From: Camelus dromedarius
Taxonomy: Eukaryota
Assembly (NCBI RefSeq): GCF_036321535.1
Contig: NC_087450.1
Location: 55,428,001-55,492,000, forward strand
DNA length: 64,000 bases
Direction of reading: 5' to 3'
A model generated the notes under the pieces. The model worked only from the letters and a program-made list of their open reading frames with translations, was not told the DNA's origin and ran no database searches. The first letter of the stretch is position 1. Every line of letters starts with the position of its first letter. This document shows, piece by piece, positions 1-12,130 of this stretch. Made by a program: the position numbers and the translations under genes.

Positions 1-407
1 CCTCTGTCAATCATAAGGTAATTTTAAGCGTCCAGAATGTATTCATTATCTTTTGGTTTTTTTTTTGTGCCTCTGGGAATCCTCATATTCTGTTTTCTCT
101 TTCTGATTTTCAGATTAGAAAAGTCTAACTTAATCTAAATCTTTTCTAAAATGCAAATTTTCCCTAACCTGAGTCGCTGCTTTCTTCAGTTTTGTGACAT
201 CCGTCAACACTAACCCAAATGCCACAGCAGTGAAGCCCCCACTGATTGACTTGAAAGGCTCTTAGATCCCATAGAACTTTATAGTTTCCTCCTTAACTGT
301 GGAGCCTAAGTGCTTTTTTTTTCTTATTCATGTTGTTGCCTAAACAGAGTTCCCTTGAAATAAAGGACGTTCTGTGAAACTTCCTAGATGTTTGTTTTCG
401 TTGCTCT

Positions 408-535
408 TCATTCCATTCATTCAACAGCTACTTACTGAGAGAGTTCCAGGCGGAAGAATTATTTTAGGTGCAAAGAGTCAGAGTAGTGAACAAGGCCAAC
501 AAAACTCATCCCCCTTATGGATTTCACATTTAAGA
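408..535 (-). mobile_element. L2 LINE 3' end fragment
   Basis: TTCATTCCATTCATTCAACAGCTACTTACTGAG resembles the reverse complement of the L2 3' tail. Confidence 0.5.
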
Positions 536-2334
536 TGTTGCAAACACCTACGTACCAAGGCAAACTGCTGCTAACACAAATTAGGGAATTCTAAAAAGAA
601 GGTGCTGACAAAGGAATCAAAAGATTGGAGTACAGCTTGATCTGAAGAAATTTCTAGAAGAAACCAACAACTAGGGGAATGACTAAGATTCTCTTTGTTT
701 TCCTTTGCTTCTCTAACCTCTGAGAGTCTGATTTATTTTTTCTGCATTCTCCTTTTGAAGACTGGATTGTTGGGTGCCCTATACATAACCACCTACACAA
801 AAACAAAAATTTTATCTCTTTATTCCTTATTCTGGGAGAAAGGTCCTTGACTGCACTAGCTTGGCCAACATTTGACTTATAGTTTATCAACTGTGACTAG
901 GACTGGGGGCATCACTAAATTGTCCAAAATGGTACAAAATGGCTGCCACCACTATAATCTCATGAATGGGAGAGGATTAAAAAAAATGGGGAAACTTCAG
1001 AGCTCAAATTTCTTGGTTGACCTCACAGCATCTTTATGGGTATAGGTTTTATGTCTTTTCTGGTGCCCTCTGTGCCTGATAACCAGGTATAAACTATATT
1101 CCTTTGGGATACTAACTCCTGTATTCTCCCACTTGGCTCATATTTTGTAAAGTCTTAAGCAATATAGATGAATGTTTGCTCCTAGTTGGGAAATTATTTT
1201 GTAATATTTAAAGCAATGAAAGAGGTAAAAGAATGATGAGCTGGTTTAATTACTACAATAAGGTATTTTGAATATGTCTATTTAAACAAAATAATGGTGA
1301 AATATAAGGTTACATATGTGTTCATATGACTTGAGAAATATCATTTAGTCACTTCAAGCTTCCATTTATTTTTCTCTAAATATTCATTAGGTAATAGACA
1401 TTTATTTGACACTTTCTATGTAAAGTTGCTCAGGTGCTGACAAAAATATATCTTCCTGTTTACTTGATGGTGTTTTATGAGGATTAGAAAAAAATTTTTT
1501 TGTATATAAAGTACCTAAAAATGGACGTGATTACTATTAAACAAGATAATGCTTTTTAAAAGATTGTTGCAAATTCTAGAGCAATGGCTGTGTTTGCAAT
1601 GTATCTGTCAGGCTTTCTGGGAGATTGCTCAGCAAATCTGGGGCAATACCAGGCAGCCATCTTGTGAAGTCTAAAGGCATTAGACAGAATCAGTTTTTCC
1701 TGCTGCCTTTGTTTTGAGCATGGTGATTTTACCATCTATATCCTGAACCATGTTTTGTCTCTGCAAGGCTCACTGGTGGTCACTGCTGTGTCAGTGCCCA
1801 CAGGTCACCATCGACACTTCCCTAGGGAAGACCTGAGGAACGACAGGCAAAGCTTTGGGAGTTAGCCCACCCACAGTACAGAGTGGCCGGGACCCACTAG
1901 GTGTCCATCGCTAATGTGAAGCCACTGCATTTGTGTTCTTTTTTACCCTGAGGTCATTCTTTTTATAAATAACACTTGTTCTAACTTTGCAGTTCTTAGT
2001 CCCAAGAGATACCATCTGGATATTTTGGGGCCCAAAAAATATTCTGCATACCACTCCTGAGGATAATTTTCATTAAAAAATCTAATATTCTTAATCAATA
2101 AAATTAAACAGTTGGATTAAATATCAGAGCTTGATCTCCTAAACTGGAAAGCCCATGAAATTGATTTAAACCTGGGTGTCGTGCTAACGTCTACTAACAT
2201 ATTGCAAATGGTAATTAGAATGTAAGCAAATTAATAATACAAATCAAGTGAAAATGCTCTTCCCATTAATGAACCTTTTTTCCCCCATTTTGCCTTATAC
2301 TGCAACTGCCCCATTTCACATTGACTGATTGCTG

Positions 2335-2490
2335 CTTATTCTTTTAGACTCAAGCCAAAGGTCATACCCTATAGGAGACCTTCCCTGACTCCCTCCCATT
2401 AGAAATCTCTTCTTTACCTTATTATTTTTAACGCCTAACACAGTTCTTAGCACATGTAGGCAATTTAGAAATGTTAAGAAAATGAACTGG
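2335..2490 (+). mobile_element. L2 LINE 3' fragment
   Basis: GACCTTCCCTGACTCCC ... CCTAACACAGTTCTTAGCACATGTAGGCAATTTAGAAATGTT is an L2-like 3' terminus. Confidence 0.5.
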
Positions 2491-2501
2491 GTTTACAACA
2501 T

Positions 2502-3002
2502 TATGACAGGAAGAATATGCCCCCACTCCACCAAAAGATGCCCACACCCCAATCCCCAGAACCTATGAATATGTAAGGTTACATGGCAAGGGGGAAATAA
2601 GATTGCACAAGGAATTAAGATTTCTCATTAGTTGATTTTGAAATAAGAGGGAGTATCCTTGGACTCAATGCAATCTCAAGGGTCTTATAGGTGAAAGAAG
2701 GAAGCAAGACATTTGGTGACAGAATGATGTAATATGAGAAAGACTTGACTGGCTGCTGCTGGCTTTGAAAATGGAAGGGGGCAGGAGCTAAGGAATGTGG
2801 AAAACTTCTGGAAGATGGAAAAAGCAAGGAACAGATTGTCCTCTAAGCCTGCAGAGGGAGTGTACCCTCCCAACACATTGATTTTAGCCCAGTGAGATCC
2901 ATTTCAGACTTCTGATTTCCAGAACCATTGAGATGATAAATTTGTGTTTTTATGCTCCAGTTTGTGGTAATTTGCTATCATAGTAAATAAGAAACTAACA
3001 CA
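2502..3002 (+). mobile_element. MaLR solo LTR (MLT1D-like)
   Basis: About 500 bp with typical MLT1 blocks (CCCCAGAACCTATGAATATG, TTTGTGGTAATTTGCTAT, GAAACTAACACA end). Flanks AACAT/GACAT are a 5-bp TSD with 1 mismatch. Confidence 0.85.
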
Positions 3003-3104
3003 GACATCATATTGTTTCCTTTCTTGTATACAAATAGCTAAGTTTTCCATGTCTAACAATGACAAAGTTATGTTCAGGGTCTTTCAATATCAAAAGAAAT
3101 ATAA

Positions 3105-3315
3105 CATAGTGAAAACACATTGAATCTAGAAATTAGATGGCTCTGGAATCCCAACCCAACATGAGGCATTTGTAACTTTAGGCAAATCAGTAAACTACTA
3201 GATATTTCCATCTATTTGATGGAGATAACATACACTTCACAGAAGTACTGTGGAAATTTATAATGTATAAAAGTCATTGGCTCTCAGCGCTGGTACACAG
3301 AGAGAAATAAATGCA
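3105..3315 (+). mobile_element. MIR SINE
   Basis: Degenerate MIR core (TGTAACTTTAGGCAAATC ... GCTGGTACACAG ... AATAAATG). Confidence 0.5.
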
Positions 3316-3554
3316 ACACAGTGGAGAAAAATCCTTTTGCATAGCGAATGCAATAAGACATAAGTACTAAGTGAATGGTGGGAATTCTGATGAGGTTTCT
3401 AGAGGATGTTAGGCCTGACCTTGGCCTTGCATGAAGGGGATGGTTTACACACGTGAATACAGAAGGGAGGGGATTCCAGCCTGTGCCAAGGCTGTGTACA
3501 GTCTGAGGTAGCAGGGGGCAGCCTAGCAGAGATGCAGGCGGTGCCGCCAGGTGT

Positions 3555-3765
3555 AAGTGTGGGCTCTGGAGCCAGGCTGCTTTGGTTTGAATTCTGGTTC
3601 AACCGTTTCCAGACCTTGGCAGCTTAGGGTCCCTATTTAAACCTTTTATGCCTCTGTTTACTCAGCTGTAAAAGGAAAGGTAGCTCTGTAAATTTATTGG
3701 GGAAACATGTCTGAAGTACATGGCACAAAACATTTATAATGTGCTCAATAAAATATTAGGTACTG
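3555..3765 (+). mobile_element. MIR SINE
   Basis: GGGCTCTGGAGCCAGGCTGCTTTGGTTTGAATTCTGG (tRNA-derived head), GCCTCTGTTTACTCAGCTGTAAAA (core), GCTCAATAAAA (tail). Confidence 0.75.
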
Positions 3766-5884
3766 TGAGTGTTACTTAAAGCATGTGTGTGGGGATGTGA
3801 ATGTGGGAGAAGGTGTTCTGGGGTGAACTGGAGCAGAAGCCTCTGTAAGCTTGCAGAAAAGCATCTCCAATGGAGGAATTTCTGTACTCTTACAGGAGCG
3901 GGCAAGAGTTTTAATTTTAGAGCTCAAGATCAGTGAGGAAGGAAATTATATTTTGCTGTTTTGTAGTTCATCAATTTATCCCCAGCCCTAGCAGGATGTC
4001 TTGTCCTCAGAGACATTCTTTACATACCTGATTGAATGCACTTGTCTAAAATCCAGATTACCCCATGTAATAGTTCATTAGTCCTATTTTTGTACCAACT
4101 AGAATGTAAGCAGCCTGAGTGAAATGCTTGAGGTTCATCAAATCAAACCAGATAAACTCAGTCACGCAGGAGTAGGAATCTGCACTCTTCCACACCCTGC
4201 CTGTGTGTGGAAGTGAGTTTGGGTGAGTCATTCAAATTCACTTTGTCTCAGGTTCTAACTTTATTAAATGAGAAATCTAGGAGTTCTGTTATGTTCTGTC
4301 ATCTTTTTTTTTTTTTTTAATGTAAATGATGATAACATAATCAGGATTATGTCAACTCCAGTTCAGGTCCTATCTCTGTATCTTATTACCTACATGGTCT
4401 GCCCTCATACTTGCTGGGAATATAATTAAACATTATCACATAAGCAGATACTGATCCACAGTTGATGTTCAATGAGCCCTTTATTCCTCAGCCATTGCAG
4501 TATTAAGGAGCTGCCCTCTATAAGCTAACAGGTACATGGTGTTATATATAGTTCTGAGCAGAAGAGTAAGATGTTTTGTTGAATCTATTCTATGGCTTAT
4601 CTGTTCAGCACTTTTTTTTGTTTAAATAAAATTATCTTGTTTCTCACACTGGCATTTTACAGATAGACTCTGTCATTTTGGTGTCACACAGAGCATTCTA
4701 TCATCACTAATATATCATTTTTCTTGGGGAATAATATAAGTATCAAGGTGTTTGGTAAGGAAATATAAATCTTCCGATAGGCTAAGTAAAAATTAAAGAA
4801 AGAATAATGATTCTGTAAGATTCTAGCATAAGAAAAATGACGCTAGATATTCAGGCAGTGTTGATTAGGAAGTAAAAAACGATCATTTGCTGCATTTACT
4901 GATTTATGGTCCTCTCCTCGTACATACACTGGTGTTATTTGCTCCAGAAGGAAACTGTAGACAAATTCATAATTCATAATATTTAGAAATATGCATATGA
5001 TGAAGTAGCGAGTAGTAACAGGGGAACAGGAGAACAGGTAGTCCAAGACTTTATGTACTGTTTGCAGGATGTTGATGACACCATTTTTATTAACATTAGT
5101 AATTTTAATGCTTATATCTAAATCTCTTATTGACACAAATAGCTGTATGAGATACCACAGGTATAATAAAAAGAAATAGAAAAAATAGATTTGATAAAAA
5201 GCTCTTTTACTCTCTGGCAATGGAATTCCTTTCTCTAATTCCATGAGCTTCACTTTTCACATCAATAAAATGTGTCTAATACAATTATTGTTGTATGTGA
5301 AAGCATGGGTCATTTCTACTTTGGGAGTCAGGTATGTCTGAGTCTTGTATCAGTCCCTTTAATACCAATCGAACACTAGTTTGAACTTTTGGGTTGACAA
5401 TAAATTACGTACACTTCCTTAAAACTGATATCTAACGTTCTGGCAGATTTTTTTGAAGATTATCTTTTTCACAGAGAATATCTGAGCTTCTTTTCTGAAA
5501 ATCCGTTAACCATATGTAAAGGTTTATTTCTGGATTCTCAATTCTGTTCTATTGCTCTATATTCTTATCATCATGCCAATACCACACTCTACGGATTACT
5601 TCAGCTTCATAGTAAGTTTTGAAAGCAGGTAGTATGAAGCCCTCTGGCTTTCTTTTTCAAAACAGTTTTGACTATTTAAGGGTCTTTACAATTGCATGTA
5701 CATTTTAGGTAAGTTTACGAGTTTCATCAAAAAAGTCTGCTGGGATTTTGACAGACATCATATTGATTCTATAGATCAATTTAAGGGTGAATTGCCATCT
5801 TACTAATACTGTCTTCCAGTCCATGAAAATGGCATTCCATTTGTTTGGAACTACTTTAACTTATCCTAGCCATGTTTTGTAGTC

Positions 5885-6038
5885 TTTTTTTTTTTTTTTT
5901 TTTTACATTTTTTGTTGATTTGTAATCATTTTACAATGTTGTGTCAAATTCCAGTGTAGAGCACAATTTTTCAGTTATAAATGAACATATATATATTCAT
6001 TGTCACATTTTTTTCTCTGTGAGCTACCATAAGATCTT
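5885..6038 (-). mobile_element. Young, severely 5'-truncated L1 3' end (camelid-type) with poly(A) tail
   Basis: T20 tract at 5885-5904, then near-identity to 10850-10982 (TTTTACAATGTTGTGTCAAATTCCAGTGTAGAGC ... GTGAGCTACCATAAGATCTT). Confidence 0.9.
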
Positions 6039-6421
6039 GGATATGCTACATGTCTTGAAATTATTTTATTAAATATACTCTCAAGTATTCTATTTCTAAT
6101 GTTACAAAAATTTTCTTAGTTTCATATTTGAATGATCTGTTGCTAGTATATAGAAATTCAGCTGACTGTACTGTTCTTGTATCCTGTACCCTTGTTAAAA
6201 TACTTTTTTAGTTTTAGCAGTTTTTATGTGGATTTTTTAGGATTTTCTATAAGATTATGTCATCAGAGATAAACACTGTTTTACTTCTTCCTTTCCTGGT
6301 GGGACGACTCTTCTAGGTTTTTTTTTTTTTCTGATTGATTAATGAATTATGCGTCTTAATATGCTGGCTGTAACATAAAGTACAATACTGAGACAGTGAG
6401 CAGAAGTGAAGAGTGAGGACA

Positions 6422-6857
6422 TGTCACTCCATGGAGGAGGCTGTCACTGAGAGGATATGACTGCTGGTTGACCTGCAACCTGGACCTGGGCATTTAGAGG
6501 CTCCCTGCCTCCTCCCTTGTCCTTGGATTGTACATTCTGCTTACTCTTCCCTACCAGTAGCTGTCTCAAAGATGCAGTGTTGAGAGAGTAAGATGTGGTT
6601 GAGACCGTCTGGACTGAATACAGGACTGAACCCAGTTAAGCCCTCTCTATAAATTTTTACGATTCTGGCACATGGGTTCGAAGATCTACTTGTCTTGTGA
6701 CCACCCAAGGCAAGCCTCATGTGAGTTCCCTTGCCTGTGAAACCTGCCTCCTACCAATCTAGCGTGTCCTGCCTCTCTTTTGGTCTTTCTTTGCCCTGTA
6801 TGCATGGGGTCCAGTTTTAGATTTCACCCCAGGAACTCCCCAGGTTTCAAACCAACA
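6422..6857 (+). mobile_element. ERV1-type solo LTR (family not named)
   Basis: TG...CA ends (TGTCACTCC ... AAACCAACA), inserted in L1, alignable to the LTR at 25369-25778 on the opposite strand. Confidence 0.75.
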
Positions 6858-7699
6858 CTACATCCTTGGCTTGTTGCTTGTCTTAGGAGAAGAGCGTTTA
6901 CACTTTTACTATTCAGTTATGCTTTAAGCATAATTTGGGGAGGATGACCTTAGATTCTTAACTACTTAGAATACATGAACCGCCATTTCAAGTGAAGAGT
7001 TCTCCTATGCATATTCGAAGCTGTGGAGATGGCAGTGTTTCCTTGTGTTTTTGTCAAAGGAAAATAAGTGAACTGAAAAAGCTGCTAGTATTTCAAAATT
7101 AGGTCAGAATTGATGGTTGATGGAGGCCTCATGAATTGTTCATGTCAAAAGCTTCATTTAGCGTTTATATGATTTCTTTAACTTTATTATAATGACCAAG
7201 TATGTTAATGTGTGTCTTAGTATAGAAACTCCTTTGCATAGCTGGGGGAAAAACCCACACACACAATTGCTTTTGATGTAGTGTTTAATCTCCTTTGCAT
7301 TCTATTTTCATCATTTCAATAATATACAGGAAGTCATTGCATTTCACAGTATCTCAGAAATCTCAACCGTCAGAGAAGTGTGCAACGTTCTACCGCTGGT
7401 TAACATGGTACCACGTAAAAGTGATGACTGGCTTTGCATTACATCCGTCAATAATCATAAGGGAAACATAACCTAGTTTTCTAATTTTTTGTATGGTCTC
7501 ATCATTTTAGAAACCATCTTATTCCTTATCAGAAAAACTTTACATTTTAATTTTACTTGATTTTTATGTGGCTTGCAGTAATCTAAGATCATTTGAAATT
7601 AGATAAACTCTCTGGACCTGGTGCTTTCTTACACAGGAGACCTCCATTTAACACCTCTGCATTTGCTATGGAAATTGTCTTATTTAGGGTTTTATTATT

Positions 7700-9750
7700 T
7701 TCTCTATTAGAGCCAAGTTTGGAAAGTTGTGTATTTCTAGAAAACCATATAGATTCAATCTAAATTTTAAAAAGTTTTTACATACAGTTGTGTAAATTAG
7801 CTTCTTACAATTTTATTTGTATTCCTTGTGTTTATTTCCAACTTTTCATTTCTAATTTTGTTAATTAGTCATTTGATTTATCCTGATTAATTTATAACAT
7901 TATCTATTATTCAGTGAATCAGATTTTTAATTATAAGTTCTTCAGGTTTTCTTTTCCAGCACATTAATTTCTGCTTTTTCCATATCTAATTTTTCTGCTG
8001 TCTTTGGTTTATTCTTTCTTCTCATTAATAATATGTTTATTTTTTTCATATTTATTAATATAGGAAAATCATAAAAATTTCCTCTGCTGTAAAATAAATC
8101 TAGTGCATAGATTCTGATGTTAGTTTTCATTACCTCTTTTTAAGGTTCTATAACTTGTTTTACATTTCTCCTTCGACCAAAGAGTGATTACAGTTGTTTT
8201 AATATCAGTAAGTTGAATTGCTCAAATTTCTCCATTAGTTTCTAATTTTGTGTCATTCTTAGAGACTGTTGTTTCTTAGGAATGTGTCAAGTGTCTTCTA
8301 ATGCCCACATATGGCCAATTTTATAAATACACGATTTTCATTTGAAATGAATGTGTGTGTCTATATGTGTGTTTGACTATGTGTGCCACCTTATTAATCA
8401 TGTGTATATCTTCTATGTCTTTACTAACTTGTGTTCACTTTGTTCTAAATTGAGGATGATGTATTTTAGATTCTTTGTTTTAGGGTTTCTCTCTAAAGCA
8501 TTAAAAAACTTTTGTTTTCCTTTCGTTCTCCTTTGTATTTCGTTTCTGGCACTTCTTTACCTTCTTCCTCATGAATGTTTTTGCTGTGTTATTGGGAATA
8601 CAGTTGTACATGATGGATACGCTTTCGCTGTGTATTAAAGTATTAGCATTACAAAGTGAGCTTCCTGAATCTATTATGATTTTCTTCCAAAAGTTACCCG
8701 GTTTAATATTAGTATTGTATTTCCTATTCTCCTTCTGTGTACATTTTCCTAATATGCCTTTTTCCACTCTCTTATTTTTAACTCTTCTGAATTTCTTTTT
8801 TTAGGTTTTGTCTCTCATGTTCACCGTAGTGTGAGTTACTCTCATTTAATTATGTTTTATGTTATCAATATGTTTGGGTTCAGTCTTCTTGTGGATTTTT
8901 GTTGACACATCCCTTTCTATTTCATTCTCTCACATTCTTTTTAGCATTTAAGTGTATGCTTTTGTTTGAATGTTTGAATGTTCAAATCTGTATGCTTATT
9001 TTCTTACATATACTGTCTCCCTTGTCCCCCAGTTTCGGGTATTATGTACCAGTTCCCTACTGCTCCCTAGGGTGAGCCTAACGGATCACCCCTTCTTTGC
9101 CCTTTTTTCCCTTCCTCCATCATAGAATTTGAATTAAAAATCTTTTATACTCAAAGTTTGACTCCACCTGCATCGTGAGGCGTACATAATTTATATATGT
9201 CTTCTCCTTTATAACTTGATTTTGTCTTAGTCTACTAAGAAAATACGTACTTACTATGCATGACTCAGTCCTTATTGTGATGTCTCCCTGGTTCTGGTTA
9301 TCTGAAGCTTGCTCTCTTCTAGATATTTCTTTTCTCCCCCAACCCCCACCCTTGTCTGTTGGTCTTCTTTCTTTTCATTGCAACCTAAAAATCAAACTAA
9401 CCCCACTAATAATGTCTTGTATCTCGTACATGAATTTTTATTGAGGGAAAGTCTACTAGAATGGGAACGTGCTGTCCATGTATTTCAGTGTGTGACATCA
9501 TCGCTCTTGGGTGTTCACCCCCCCTTTGCTTTACCCATTGGAGCGTGTCGTTTGAGGTCTTACAGCACTTCCACTTATTCTCGCTCACTCTCTCCACCCG
9601 GCTTCCCTCCTTTGCATTTCTCTGCAGGGTTTAGCTAAGTGTCACTGCAGTTGCAACAATCTAAGCCTTCTGGATGCTTGGATATTTCCATCTATGCAGG
9701 TGATTGCCCTTTTTGGTTGACTGCTGCTGTTGTACATTTTTGTCTTCCTC
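7700..9750 (-). mobile_element. Old, highly diverged L1 ORF2/ORF1 fragments
   Basis: T-rich antisense L1-like text (TTAATTTCTGCTTTTTCCATATCTAATTTTTCTG, ATAAAAATTTCCTCTG, GGCCAATTTTATAAAT). Boundaries approximate. Confidence 0.6.
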
Positions 9751-9769
9751 TCTCCATCAAAAATTAGTT

Positions 9770-10148
9770 TTTTGAAAGAGACTTATAGACATAGAAGACA
9801 GATTAATGGTTACCAGTGGGGAGAAGCGGATAGGGAGGGATGAATTGGGAGTTTGGGAATGGCAGATACAAACTACTATGTACAGAATAGATAAACAGCA
9901 AGGTCCTACTGGATAGCACAGGGAACTATATTCAATGGCTTCATACAGTGACCTGTAATNNNNNNNNNNNNNNNNNNNNNNNNNNNNNNNNNNNNNNNNN
10001 NNNNNNNNNNNNNNNNNNNNNNNNNNNNNNNNNNNNNNNNNNNNNNNNNNNNNNNNNNNNNNNNNNNNNNNNNNNNNNNNNNNNNNNTACACCAGAAATG
10101 AATACATCATTGTAAATCAACTATAATTTTAAAAAATAGTAAAAAAAG
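9770..10148 (+). mobile_element. 5'-truncated L1 3' UTR (cetartiodactyl-type), containing an N block
   Basis: GACATAGAAGACAGATTAATGGTTACCAG ... GGATAGCACAGGGAACTATATTCAA ... CATTGTAAATCAACTATA plus A tail. TSD AAAAATTAGTT (9759-9769) / AAAGATTAGTT (10149-10159). Confidence 0.85.
9960..10087. other. N block (unresolved or masked sequence); others at 11268-11420, 11505-11758, 51430-51585 and 63468-63649
   Basis: Seen directly in the sequence; all five lie inside repeats. Confidence 0.99.
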
Positions 10149-10845
10149 AAAGATTAGTTGCTCATATTGTGAACTCTTCAAGAAAAATGTTGTATGCAGC
10201 CTTCTTTACCATTTCAGCTGAAAGTTCAATTCACCTTGATCATACAAATCTTGCTTCCATGTTTGTATTGAGTATATCTCCTCTATGGTTTGATTTATGC
10301 ACCTAAAAATCGCATTTTTACATTGCCTAGTAAGAGATGGAAGCAATGAAAGAGATCTATATGAGTTTTTAAAGTCAGGAATGCCTTGTTCATATTTCTA
10401 TTCTGAGGGAGCAACACAGTGTTAATCATTTAATAAACTGTAGAAATGTCTTAAACTATGCCTACCATATTTAGAGAAAACGACCCGTTTGTGGAGATGA
10501 TTGTATCCCAATATGGGACTAAAGAAGCACGGATATTTTTGAGGAACAACCAATGGGTAGAAGATGAAAAGTCACAAATACTAAAGGGTCTCCCTTTATA
10601 GTTATACTGTAGTGTGGAAAAGACAATCTATTTGATGAGTAAGAGACAAGACAAATCAACAGTGATTGGGAGAATAGTGCAAAGAAAGTCAACATTCAAG
10701 GAGCTAATAAATCACAGATTTAGCCAAATTTCCTAATACTTTAATAGTAGACTGATGCTCTATCAAATCAAATAATATTAATAAGACATTTTCACTAAAT
10801 CTGAAAAATACATACAAGTAGTAACAATGAATCATTTGACTTTTT

Positions 10846-12130
10846 TTAGACATTTTTATTGATTTATAATAATTTTACAATGTTGTGTCAAATTCCAGTG
10901 TAGAGCCCAATTTTTCAATTATACATGAACATATATATATTCATTGTCACATTTTTTTTGCTGTGAGCTACCATAAGATCTTATATATATTTCCCTGTTC
11001 TATACAGTATAATCTTGTTTATCTATTCTGCATTTTGAAATCCCAGTCTATCCCTTCCCACCCCCGCCCCCTTGTCAACCACAAGTTTGTATCCTATGTC
11101 TGTGAGTCTGTTTCTGTTTTGTAGTTATGTTTTGTTTGTTTTGTTTGTTTTTGGTTTTTTTTTTAGATTCCACATATGAGCAATCTCATATGGTATTTTT
11201 CTTTCTCTTTCTGGCTTACTTCACTTAGAATGATGTTCTCCAGGAGCATCCATGTTGCTGCAAATGGNNNNNNNNNNNNNNNNNNNNNNNNNNNNNNNNN
11301 NNNNNNNNNNNNNNNNNNNNNNNNNNNNNNNNNNNNNNNNNNNNNNNNNNNNNNNNNNNNNNNNNNNNNNNNNNNNNNNNNNNNNNNNNNNNNNNNNNNN
11401 NNNNNNNNNNNNNNNNNNNNATCCTGAAGTAGGTTTCCTCCTGGATATATGCCCAGGAGCAGGATTCCTGGGTCATACGGTAAGTCTATTCCTAGTCTTT
11501 TGAGNNNNNNNNNNNNNNNNNNNNNNNNNNNNNNNNNNNNNNNNNNNNNNNNNNNNNNNNNNNNNNNNNNNNNNNNNNNNNNNNNNNNNNNNNNNNNNNN
11601 NNNNNNNNNNNNNNNNNNNNNNNNNNNNNNNNNNNNNNNNNNNNNNNNNNNNNNNNNNNNNNNNNNNNNNNNNNNNNNNNNNNNNNNNNNNNNNNNNNNN
11701 NNNNNNNNNNNNNNNNNNNNNNNNNNNNNNNNNNNNNNNNNNNNNNNNNNNNNNNNNNCTTCTGCCCATTTTTGGATTGGGTTGTTTGTTTTTTTCTTAT
11801 TAAGTCGTATGAGCTGCTTATATTTTCTGGGGATCAACCCTTTGTTGGTTTCATTTGCAAAAATTTTCTCCCATTCCGTCGGTTGTCTTTTTTGTTTTAC
11901 TTATGGTTTCCTTTGCTGTGCAGAAGCTTGTAAGTTTCATTAGGTCCCATTTGTTTATTCTTGCTTTTATTTCTATTCCTTGAATAGACTGTTCTAGGAG
12001 AACATTTTTGAGATGTATGTCAGATAATGTTTTGCCTATATTTTCTTCTAGGAGGTTTACTGTATCTTGTCTTATGTTTAAGTCTTTGATCCATTTTGAG
12101 TTGATTTTTGTGTATGGTGTAAGGGAGTGT
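10846..12130 (-). mobile_element. Young 5'-truncated L1 (ORF2 C-terminus plus 3' UTR)
   Basis: Minus-strand translation [12 protein letters not shown]...LKRLGIDLPYDPGILLLGIYP...PFAATWMLLENIILSEVSQKEK matches the L1 ORF2p C-terminus. 14-bp TSD TCATTTGACTTTTT at 10832-10845 and 12131-12144. Confidence 0.95.

Larger units (their letters stand above)
5440..7000 (-). mobile_element. Old L1 (L1M-type) ORF2 fragment, interrupted by two younger insertions
   Basis: T-rich L1 antisense motifs (GGTTTATTTCTGGATTCTCAATTCTGTTCTATTG; AGTACAATACTGAG ... GAGTGAGGACA resuming as CATCCTTGGCTTGTT after the LTR). Confidence 0.75.

Noticed and set aside
4843-5253. 136-aa minus-strand ORF
   Set aside because: No recognisable domain, low-complexity F/Y/I/L composition typical of AT-rich antisense text, and no convincing splice-site pair.
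9757-11943. Long ORFs in the supplied track that span X runs (also 51342-51699 and 63434-63697)
   Set aside because: These are artefacts of translating N blocks. Only the 11163-11837 minus frame is meaningful, as an L1 ORF2 remnant.
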